14,469 nucleotides of DNA from an uncultured bacterium (GTDB lineage: Bacteria; Lernaellota; Lernaellaia; Lernaellales; Lernaellaceae): assembly GCA_964534375.1 (NCBI GenBank), contig CAZHPN010000156.1:1-14469 (forward strand), in the 5' to 3' direction. Of this stretch, positions 7,057 to 14,469 are shown piece after piece (the first letter of the stretch is position 1; every line of letters begins with the position of its first letter). The position numbers and the translations under genes were made by a program. A model generated the notes under the pieces. The model searched no databases, was not told where the DNA came from, and saw only the letters and a list, made by a program, of their open reading frames with translations.

Positions 7057-8175
7057 ATGCGCGGCGGACGGGCGATCGTCGGGTTGGTGGTCGTAGCCGT
7101 CGTGGGGGCGAGCAGCTTGGTGGCGTATCCAGCGACCGTGACGCCGGACAAGGCGGAAAAGCTGGCGAAGAAATTCGTCGAGGAAAAGATGCGCCTGCCC
7201 AGCGGCGGCATCCTCACCAACGGCAAGGTGCGCCGCCTGTTGTTGTTCCCCACCTTCGACCCGGCCGATCTGCAGGCCTCGGGCGTCCTTTCCGAAACCG
7301 CCGGCTTGGCGATGCAATACGCCGTGGCGGCCGACGACCGCGCGCTGTTCGACGGCCAACTGGAATTCGCGCGCCACAAGCTCACCGGCCCCTACGGGCT
7401 CTTTTACTGGAAAATCAGCCACGACGCGGAGATGGCGGCCAGTTCCTCCGCCTGCATCGACGACCTGCGCATCATCGGCGCGGCGTTGGCGGCGGCCGAC
7501 AAATGGCGGCAGCCAACGTACGCCGCGTTCGCGGTGGATATCGCCGACAACGTGCGCAAGTACACGGTCGTCGACCACGTCCTGCGCGATTTCTTGAACT
7601 GGCGCGACTATGGCGAACCGGTCAAGGCCGACACGCTGCAGCTCTCGTATATCGAGACCGCTGTCTTGCGGGCGCTCGCCAAACGCGATGCGGATTGGCA
7701 GCCGATTCTGCAGCGCAGCGGCGACGTCCTGCTCAAAGGCCGTCGCCCGAGCGGCTTGTTCTTCGAACAATACGATTTCGCCGCCGGCCAATACCAGGGC
7801 GAACGCCAGAACATGATCAACCAGCTTTACTGCGCGCTGTTCGCCGCGGAAATCGAGAAGGACGAACATCCGTTCGCCGGCTGGCTGCGCCGCCGCTTCG
7901 CCGCCGATGGCGTGTTGTACGCGCAGTACGACAGCCAGAGCGGCGAGCCGACCGGCATGTTCGAATCGACCAGCGTCTACGCGTTGGCCTCGCGGTACGC
8001 CTATCGCATCGGCGATGCGACGATGGGCGACGCGCTGATCAAGAAGTTGCTCGAGTTTCAAAACCTCAACCCGCTGTCGCCGATGTACGGCAGTTTCAGC
8101 GACGATGAGGTGTACAGTTTCGACAATCTGGAGGCGCTGATTGCGTTGCGTTCGTACAACGAGCGGCGGCGGTAG
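7057..8175 (+). CDS. GH8-like glycoside hydrolase (YdaJ/PssZ-like), exported
   Basis: Hydrophobic N-terminus. LSETAGLAMQYA is the GH8 SE motif with the catalytic Glu. FYWK, SACIDDLRII and YSFDNL are also present. GAGG SD at 7045-7048. Confidence 0.82.
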   Translation: MRGGRAIVGLVVVAVVGASSLVAYPATVTPDKAEKLAKKFVEEKMRLPSGGILTNGKVRRLLLFPTFDPADLQASGVLSETAGLAMQYAVAADDRALFDGQLEFARHKLTGPYGLFYWKISHDAEMAASSSACIDDLRIIGAALAAADKWRQPTYAAFAVDIADNVRKYTVVDHVLRDFLNWRDYGEPVKADTLQLSYIETAVLRALAKRDADWQPILQRSGDVLLKGRRPSGLFFEQYDFAAGQYQGERQNMINQLYCALFAAEIEKDEHPFAGWLRRRFAADGVLYAQYDSQSGEPTGMFESTSVYALASRYAYRIGDATMGDALIKKLLEFQNLNPLSPMYGSFSDDEVYSFDNLEALIALRSYNERRR

Positions 8176-8246
8176 CGCTTTCTTGAATTGAGGCCGCGCC
8201 GCTTCGGGCGAATCCGGCGTCGGCTGTCGCGTTTGGGGAGTGGGCG

Positions 8247-11200
8247 ATGAAAAAACGAAAGTTCCTGTGGGCCGCACTGCTGGGATGCCTGGCGGTTGGC
8301 TGGGCCGGAGCCGCCTGGGCGGGCCCCTATGAAGAGGGAATGTCCCTCTTCAATTCGGGCAATTACCAGACGGCGGCGCAGCGATTCCGTACGGCGGTCG
8401 AAGAAAATCCCGCCAACGTCGAGGCGATGAAACGTCTCGGCGATTGCTATTTCAACATCTACTCCGAGGCCCATCCCGACTACGGCAAGATCGCCATCGA
8501 AGCCTACTCGAAAGCGCTGGAAATCGACCCGAAAGACGGCGTCACCCGTCTGCACCTCGCCCAAATTTATTCGTGGACCAACGACACCGACGACGCGATC
8601 AAGCAGCTGCAAACCCTTTTGGCCAACGAACCGGAAAACACGTTGGCGATGGTCGAACTGGCCGAAATCTATTCGTGGAAACCGGACACCTACAAACAGG
8701 CGCTCGAGCAGTGCGAGGCCGTCGTCAAAAAAGAGCCGAAAAACAAGCGGGCGCATATGATCGCCGGCCGCGTTTATTCGTGGCTCGGCGAGCATCCGCA
8801 ATCGCTGCAACATTACTCGGCCGCGCTGGATGTCGACCCCAACGACAACAAACTCCGCTTGGAATACGCCAACGAACTGTCGATGGCCGGCAAGTACAAC
8901 GAGGCCATCGAGCAATTCAATTATCTGACCAGCCGGCACGAAACGGCCGACCAAAGCCTCGTCGGCCTGGCGCAAGCATATTACAACAGCCGGCGCTACG
9001 CCGACGCGATGGCCGTCGTCGAGATTGTCCTGAAACGCGAGCCGAAGAACGGCTACGCCTGGCGGCTCAAAGGGCTCATCCTGCACGACCAGCGCCGCTA
9101 TGTGGAGGCCGCCGACGCCTTCAAGAAAGCGCTCGAAATCAATCCGGACGACATCGAGGCCAAGCTTTTGCTGGCCGAAACATACGCCGTAACGGAGGCC
9201 ACGTACCCCGAAGCCGTCGCCGCGTATCGCGACGTGCTGCGCAGCCAGCCCGACAACGCCAAAGTGCTGACCGATCTGGCGCGGATCTACGGCGAATCGA
9301 ACAATTTCCCGTTGGCGATCGAGCAGTACCGGCTGATCCTGGCGAAAGACCCCGACAACTTCGAAACGCGCACCGCGCTGGTGCGGACGCTGATCAAGGC
9401 CAAAAGCTACGAGGAGGCGGTCCGCGAGGCCCGCGCGTTGATGCAGAAGTCGCCCGACAAGATCGAGGCCAAGGTGCTGTTCGGCGAAACCCTGCTCGAA
9501 GCGGGGCGGTTCGAAGACGCCTTGGCGGTCTATGAAGACGCGGTGAAGGCGAAGCCCCAATATTTGCCGGCGGCCGTCGGCCTGGGCTGGGCGCACCACG
9601 CGTACAGCATGGACCGCATCGCGCAGGGCCAGAAACTTCAGGAGACCATCAAGAAACAAACGTTCGGCATCATCGACCGGATTCATTATCTCTGGGTCGA
9701 AGCGAGCGAAACCTGGCACTTCAACCGCGCCGTCACCGTTTTGACCGAGGCGGCGACGAAATTTCCCGATGCGACCGAGCCGCACCTGAAGCTCGCGGAA
9801 GTCTATGCGCAGCACAAGGCGTACAAGAGTTCCATCGAGAGCTACGAAAAAGCGCTGCAAATCGACCCGCGGAGCGTGCCGGCGTACCTCGGCATGGCCT
9901 GGGTCTACGCCCAGATGGGCAACAGCCAGAAATCGATCGACGCGATCCGCCGCGCAGCCCAGATCGAGCCGACGAACGCCGACGTGTTGGGCAGTCTGGG
10001 CGACGCCTACGCCTACCAACAGGACGTCTCGCAGGCGATCGAAGCGCTCGAAAAGGCGGTGACGATGAAGTTCACCGACCTGGAACTTCACCGACGACTG
10101 GCCAATTTGTATGCACAAAACCGCAAGTATTACGACAAGGCGATTCGCGAATGCCAGTTCATCCTGGAGCACGACGCCGCCGATGACGACACGCGGCGGC
10201 TCCTGGCGCGCGTGTATTCATGGAAGGAGCAGTACGACGATTCGGTCAAGGTTTACGAGGAACTGGTCGCCCGGCGCCCGCAGGACCAGGATCTCTATCT
10301 CGAAATGATGAAGACGAAGATGTACTCCGGCAAATCCGACGAGGTGATCGCCGAGTTGCGGGTACTGTTGACCAAAGAGCCCGACAACGTCAACGCGCGG
10401 TTGGCGCTGGGCAACGCCTACGAGGCGCACAGCGATCTCGAACTAGCGGACAAGGAGTTCACGACGGTCCTCAAGACCGATCCGAAGAACGGCAACGCGC
10501 ACCTCGGCTTGGCGACGGTGTACCGGGAGAAGGAGCAGTTCGACCACGCGGTCGTCGAATATCGCGAGGTCCTGGCCACGAACCCCGACTCGGCGGAGGC
10601 GTACTACGGCCTGGGCGTGATCGACCGCCGCGCCGGCCACTACGAGCGCGCCATTGCGATGCAAAAAAAGGTGCTCGAACTCGATTCGAGCAACCTCAAC
10701 GCGTTCGCCGAGTTGTCGTACAACCACTACCTGTTGGCGCGGCGCTACGTGGCGACCACGGGTCAGTACCAGCGCGCCTGGTGGCTGCTGAGCAACAATT
10801 GGGGCGACATCTACGGCGTGTGGGGGGAATATCCGGCGAGCGTCGAGCAGATGCGCGCCATTTTGCTGGACGACCCCGGCAATTGCGACCTGCGTTATCT
10901 CCTGGCGCAAGAGTTGCAAAATCACAATCGCAACAAAGAAGCGGTCGCCGAATTCCGCAAACTGCTGTCGTATTGCCCGAACCACATCGGGGCCCGCGTC
11001 GCGCTGGCGGACATCTTCTCCTACAGCCCATCCACGTACGCCTGGGCCGTGACGGAGACGCTCGAAATCGTCAAACGCGAGCCCGACAACTACGATGCGC
11101 ATCTGCGGCTCGCCCGACTCTATTCCTGGTCGTTGCAGTACACGGCCTCGATCAACCAATATCTGTGGTGCCTCAAGATTCACCCGGACGCGGTCGACGT

Positions 11201-13553
11201 ACGGCAGGAATTGGCGCAAACCCTCTCGTACTCCAAGATGTACAAAGAATCGCTTACGCAATACGAGATCGTCCTCGCCCAGGATCCGTCGCGCAACGAC
11301 GTGCGCATCGAGATGGCCAAGGTCTTCTCCTACGAAAACCGCAACGATGAAGCGATTCGCCAGTATGAGGTCATTCTCCAGCGCGACCCGAACAACTTCG
11401 AGGCCAGCTTCGCGCTCGCCAACCTCTACAGTTGGGACCGCCGTTACTATCACCGCGCGATCGATCTGTATCGCAAACTGTTCCTCAAGTATCCGAAGAA
11501 CGTCGAATCCCGGATGGAATACGGGCGGCTGCTGTACGAGCGCGGCGAGTTCAAGGACGCGGAAGAGGCCTACCGCAACGCGGTCGAACTCGAGCCCGAC
11601 AACGCCGACGCCCACCTGATGCTCGGCCGCATCTATGTGGCCAAACACCAATCGGACAAAGCCGTCGACGAATTCAACCAGGTGTTGCAGGTTCGACCGA
11701 ACGATGTCGACGCGCACTATTATCTGACTTCGATCTACTCCAGCGACGAGAAGACCTGGCCGCAAGCGATCGACCACGGCTTGGCCGTGCTCGCCATCGA
11801 GCCCAACAACGACGAAGTCCGCGAGTTGGTCGCGCGCGTCTACGCCTCGATGGACGACCACGCCAAGGCGGCGAAACATTACGCCGTGCTTGTGGAGAAC
11901 AATCCGAACGACGACGAACTCCGCTATCAATACGCGCTCAGCCTTTCCTACGCCGAAGACTACAGCGAGGCGGTCGAGCAATTCCAGAAATTGGCGCTAA
12001 AGAAGCCGGAAGACGTGCCGATCCGCCTGGAAATGGGCTTGGCGATGTCCGCCCTTGGCCAATACACCGACGCCATCGTCAACCTCGAATTCGCCGTCGG
12101 CCGCGACCCGTGGAACGTGCGGGCGCGCAAAGGCTTGGCCAACTCGTACAAGAACGCCAGCAAGGTCGACGCGGCGATCAACCAGTACAAACGCATTCTC
12201 GTGATCGACCCGAACGACAAGGAAGCGCGCGAGTTTCTCAAACTTTACGGAATCGAATACAACGACGTGGCGTTTCTCGATCAATGGTTCAACTCTCCGG
12301 GCAAGACGATGCTCGCCGGAGGCCCGCCGACGGGGCCGCCCGGCGTGGACGACGCGGAGGTGCGATACCGTTTGCGCCTCGCGGATGAGTTGGCGCGCCA
12401 CTCGCGCTACAAGCAGGCGCGCTACGTCTACGAGGATCTTGTCCGAAAGGATCCGGCCAATCTCTACTACCGCCTGGCCCTGGCGAACATCTACATTCAG
12501 TCGGGGATGTACGCCAGCGCCAGGCTGCAGTTTCAGGTGGTGCTGCGGCTCGATCCGGACAACGCCGAGGCCAAAACGGGCCTCGCGGAAGTCGCCTGGC
12601 TCTCCGCGCCGCGCCTCGCGACAACGGCCGAGTTTGACGACATTCATCGGTTCTCCCGCACAAACACCATGCTGGCCTTGGGCAGCCGGTTCACCTATCT
12701 CTTCGGCGATGGCGGCGAAGCGTTTGGTGAGTTGGTTGCGGCCCGGCACGCCGAGCAGCACGAAGTGCACATCGATCGGCTCTCCCCGCGCGTCGGCGCG
12801 GCGTACGATGTGTTCGGCGAAGTGACCCTCCGCGGCGAATACGCGCCCAACATCTACTCGCGCCTGCCGACGACGCACAACTGGTTGGGGTCGGTCACGA
12901 CCGACATCTACGATTACGTCGGCCTCGAAGGTTATTACGACCGCACCGACGTGCGCCAGACGATTCTGGCGATGGAGCAGCACGTCGCCTCCACGGACCT
13001 GGGCGGCGTGCTGCGCGTCTCGCCGCTGGCGGAACTCAATCTGCGCGGCGAATATCGGCACAGTTGGCTTGGCGGCGGCTCGCTCGTCCGGCCGAATCAA
13101 TCCGACCTGGCCAGCGGCGCCGCCGCGTACACGTTTTTCAAGGGTCCGTATTTTACACCCGGCTACGTGTACACTTGGCAGATCTTCGACGATGAAACGC
13201 CGAACGTCCTCGGCGTTTACTTCGCGCCGCGCCGCTTCCAGAGCCACGGCTTGACGTTCGACGTACGCGACCAGGTCGGCCAGAGTCTCGTGTGGGACGT
13301 CGGCGTGTCGCCCGCCTACAACATTCTCGGCAGCGATATTCAAAAGACGCAAACGGAATGGACGTTGAGCGCCTACGGCGGCGTCGATTGGCTGATCACG
13401 CTCAACCACCGGCTCGCCGCGCAGGTCAGCGGCGGCGCCGACGTCAGCACCAACACGTTTTACGAATACTCGCTGGTGCTCACCTACACGTACATCTTCG
13501 GGAAGTTCAAAGGCGAGTGGCTGCAGCAGCGCGCGACGGAAACGGAACCGTAA
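8247..13553 (+). CDS. Giant TPR protein with C-terminal outer-membrane beta-barrel; putative polysaccharide export protein (PgaA/PelB/BcsC-like architecture)
   Basis: Sec signal ending AWA. Roughly 35-40 repeats of about 34 aa with the TPR pattern (A...Y..AL..DP.N..A...LA..Y). From about 12606 the sequence switches to amphipathic beta-strands with a YFAP motif and a final strand YSLVLTYTYIF. Confidence 0.88.
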   Translation: MKKRKFLWAALLGCLAVGWAGAAWAGPYEEGMSLFNSGNYQTAAQRFRTAVEENPANVEAMKRLGDCYFNIYSEAHPDYGKIAIEAYSKALEIDPKDGVTRLHLAQIYSWTNDTDDAIKQLQTLLANEPENTLAMVELAEIYSWKPDTYKQALEQCEAVVKKEPKNKRAHMIAGRVYSWLGEHPQSLQHYSAALDVDPNDNKLRLEYANELSMAGKYNEAIEQFNYLTSRHETADQSLVGLAQAYYNSRRYADAMAVVEIVLKREPKNGYAWRLKGLILHDQRRYVEAADAFKKALEINPDDIEAKLLLAETYAVTEATYPEAVAAYRDVLRSQPDNAKVLTDLARIYGESNNFPLAIEQYRLILAKDPDNFETRTALVRTLIKAKSYEEAVREARALMQKSPDKIEAKVLFGETLLEAGRFEDALAVYEDAVKAKPQYLPAAVGLGWAHHAYSMDRIAQGQKLQETIKKQTFGIIDRIHYLWVEASETWHFNRAVTVLTEAATKFPDATEPHLKLAEVYAQHKAYKSSIESYEKALQIDPRSVPAYLGMAWVYAQMGNSQKSIDAIRRAAQIEPTNADVLGSLGDAYAYQQDVSQAIEALEKAVTMKFTDLELHRRLANLYAQNRKYYDKAIRECQFILEHDAADDDTRRLLARVYSWKEQYDDSVKVYEELVARRPQDQDLYLEMMKTKMYSGKSDEVIAELRVLLTKEPDNVNARLALGNAYEAHSDLELADKEFTTVLKTDPKNGNAHLGLATVYREKEQFDHAVVEYREVLATNPDSAEAYYGLGVIDRRAGHYERAIAMQKKVLELDSSNLNAFAELSYNHYLLARRYVATTGQYQRAWWLLSNNWGDIYGVWGEYPASVEQMRAILLDDPGNCDLRYLLAQELQNHNRNKEAVAEFRKLLSYCPNHIGARVALADIFSYSPSTYAWAVTETLEIVKREPDNYDAHLRLARLYSWSLQYTASINQYLWCLKIHPDAVDVRQELAQTLSYSKMYKESLTQYEIVLAQDPSRNDVRIEMAKVFSYENRNDEAIRQYEVILQRDPNNFEASFALANLYSWDRRYYHRAIDLYRKLFLKYPKNVESRMEYGRLLYERGEFKDAEEAYRNAVELEPDNADAHLMLGRIYVAKHQSDKAVDEFNQVLQVRPNDVDAHYYLTSIYSSDEKTWPQAIDHGLAVLAIEPNNDEVRELVARVYASMDDHAKAAKHYAVLVENNPNDDELRYQYALSLSYAEDYSEAVEQFQKLALKKPEDVPIRLEMGLAMSALGQYTDAIVNLEFAVGRDPWNVRARKGLANSYKNASKVDAAINQYKRILVIDPNDKEAREFLKLYGIEYNDVAFLDQWFNSPGKTMLAGGPPTGPPGVDDAEVRYRLRLADELARHSRYKQARYVYEDLVRKDPANLYYRLALANIYIQSGMYASARLQFQVVLRLDPDNAEAKTGLAEVAWLSAPRLATTAEFDDIHRFSRTNTMLALGSRFTYLFGDGGEAFGELVAARHAEQHEVHIDRLSPRVGAAYDVFGEVTLRGEYAPNIYSRLPTTHNWLGSVTTDIYDYVGLEGYYDRTDVRQTILAMEQHVASTDLGGVLRVSPLAELNLRGEYRHSWLGGGSLVRPNQSDLASGAAAYTFFKGPYFTPGYVYTWQIFDDETPNVLGVYFAPRRFQSHGLTFDVRDQVGQSLVWDVGVSPAYNILGSDIQKTQTEWTLSAYGGVDWLITLNHRLAAQVSGGADVSTNTFYEYSLVLTYTYIFGKFKGEWLQQRATETEP

Positions 13554-13737
13554 CGAGCCGGCGAAGTTCGCTGCCTACGGCGCCGAATCGCCCGACAAGA
13601 ATTCATAGATTTCGTGGAAAAACGAAAAATCCAGCCGACGCCGAAAAGTTATTGAACCGTGGATGTTTCTCGCCGGCGGCGTGACGTCGCAGTTATTGTC
13701 ATTGTCAATAAAATAGGAATTGCGCGCGGCCGTCGCT

Positions 13738-13753
13738 AATTAGATATCTAATT
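13738..13753. promoter_or_regulatory. Perfect 16-bp palindrome AATTAGATATCTAATT, candidate operator
   Basis: Exactly self-complementary. It lies in an AT-rich intergenic region about 33 bp upstream of a candidate -35. Confidence 0.6.
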
Positions 13754-13786
13754 CACGGAAAAAGTCGCGGCCCGGCAATTTTTCAC

Positions 13787-13816
13787 TTGCCCCGATCGTC
13801 CAGACCGTGCTATTGT
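13787..13816 (+). promoter_or_regulatory. Candidate sigma70 promoter with extended -10 for the lipoprotein gene
   Basis: TTGCCC (13787-13792), 18-nt spacer, TGc-TATTGT (13808-13816). Confidence 0.5.
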
Positions 13817-13867
13817 TGCGAAGTCGGGCGCGCTTTCATGTGGGGATTTGCGGAGGCTCCCTCTTAC

Positions 13868-14469
13868 ATGAAACGCGCATCCTGGTTAATCCTCTTTGGG
13901 CTATCGCTCGTCTTTCTCCTGGCGAATCTTGTCGGCTGCGACGCGCCGGGCGTCGCCGCCTCGGCGGCCGCGGCGAACGGCGACCGCGTCGAGGCGGTGG
14001 ACGTCGTCGTTGTGCCGCCCGCGGCGGCGGACGGCATCTCCTTGGCGGCCGACATGTCGGCCGATTCTTTCGCCGCCGTGTCGACTCACACCCGCAGATG
14101 CGACGCGGAGACGTGCCCCGACGGTTGCTGCAACGCCGATGGCCAATGTGAAACCTCGGCCAACAAAAGCTGCGGCCGTCACGGCGTCGAGTGCGTCGCT
14201 TGCGTCTTCGGGACGCAGTGCATCTGGGGTCAGTGCGAGAAGTTCTGCAACTCCGACGATTGCAAGACCGGCTGCTGCAACGGCACGACCTGCGAAAAGG
14301 GCGACACGGTCGCTTTGTGCGGCGCGGCCGGCAACGTTTGTGAGGCGTGCGCCGCCGGGCAGGCGTGCGTGAACGGCGCCTGCGTCAGCGCCGGCGATGA
14401 CGACGACAACGACGACGACAACGACAACGACGACAACGACGACAACGACGACAACGACGACAACGACAA
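13868..14469 (+). CDS. Cys-rich repeat lipoprotein with Asp/Asn low-complexity tract (partial, runs off the window)
   Basis: Translated by hand: MKRASWLILFGLSLVFLLANLVG-C (lipobox LVGC), an Ala-rich linker, two 10-Cys repeats (14099-14383), then DDDDNDDDNDN... GGAGG at 13852-13856. Absent from the ORF track because no stop is reached. Confidence 0.85.
   Translation, partial: MKRASWLILFGLSLVFLLANLVGCDAPGVAASAAAANGDRVEAVDVVVVPPAAADGISLAADMSADSFAAVSTHTRRCDAETCPDGCCNADGQCETSANKSCGRHGVECVACVFGTQCIWGQCEKFCNSDDCKTGCCNGTTCEKGDTVALCGAAGNVCEACAAGQACVNGACVSAGDDDDNDDDNDNDDNDDNDDNDDND
14396..14469 (+). repeat. Coding tandem repeat (GACGACAAC)n encoding Asp/Asn
   Basis: Continuous gac/aac codons, in frame with the 13868 ATG, up to the window end. 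Confidence 0.95.

Noticed and set aside
7054..7059. In-frame TAG-ATG junctions (7054-7059 and 310-315) and an in-frame ATG...TAG before the deacetylase (3662-3676), suggesting amber readthrough or recoding
   Set aside because: No internal TAG interrupts any long gene. The GH8 gene has its own SD and signal sequence. TAG acts as a normal stop at 5725 and 8175.
1169..13409. Many long alternative-frame and antisense ORFs (e.g. 1171-2628, 3758-5488, 8058-10172, 10443-11981, 11997-13409)
   Set aside because: Shadow ORFs expected from high-GC codon bias. They overlap well-supported genes and contain no recognisable motifs.
2797..13553. Assignment as a standard pel, pga or bcs operon
   Set aside because: The synthase is GT2 without PilZ. 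No PelF/E/G, PgaB/D or BcsB-like genes are visible. Gene symbols were therefore withheld.
13554..13600. Intrinsic terminator after the exporter gene
   Set aside because: Only a weak stem (ggcga-agt-tcgct) and no U-tract.
14230..14469. Minus-strand Ser/Leu-rich ORF
   Set aside because: It is the antisense read of the Asp/Asn repeat and Cys modules of the plus-strand lipoprotein.
1..14469. CRISPR array, tRNA, rRNA, transposase, integrase or c-di-GMP riboswitch
   Set aside because: None recognisable by eye. An Rfam scan of the intergenic regions would be needed to exclude RNA elements fully.

Overview
High-GC bacterial DNA, probably from a diderm (inferred from a predicted outer-membrane barrel and a lipoprotein). 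The core (1315-13553) looks like a complete c-di-GMP-controlled, synthase-dependent exopolysaccharide system. wecB (UDP-GlcNAc 2-epimerase, makes UDP-ManNAc) is divergent from a tightly coupled operon. The operon encodes a small one-TM protein, a membrane-bound degenerate GGDEF protein with an intact RxxD I-site, a DUF2334-type polysaccharide deacetylase, a processive GT2 synthase, a GH8-like hydrolase and a 1768-aa TPR/beta-barrel export protein. The four central genes resemble the Gram-positive Bacillus ydaJKLM(N) / Listeria pss module, whose Listeria product is a ManNAc-rich polymer. Here no BcsB-like YdaN/PssD subunit is seen, and a giant PgaA/PelB/BcsC-like secretion protein is present instead. 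This suggests a possibly undescribed diderm poly-ManNAc secretion system. The left flank has a phased 11-bp repeat array, a possible frameshifted ORF and a small CxxCxG zinc-finger gene. The right flank has palindromic operators, a promoter, a hairpin that hides the start codon, and a truncated Cys-rich lipoprotein gene with an Asp/Asn repeat that the ORF track misses. Family calls come from motif recognition by eye, not from database searches.
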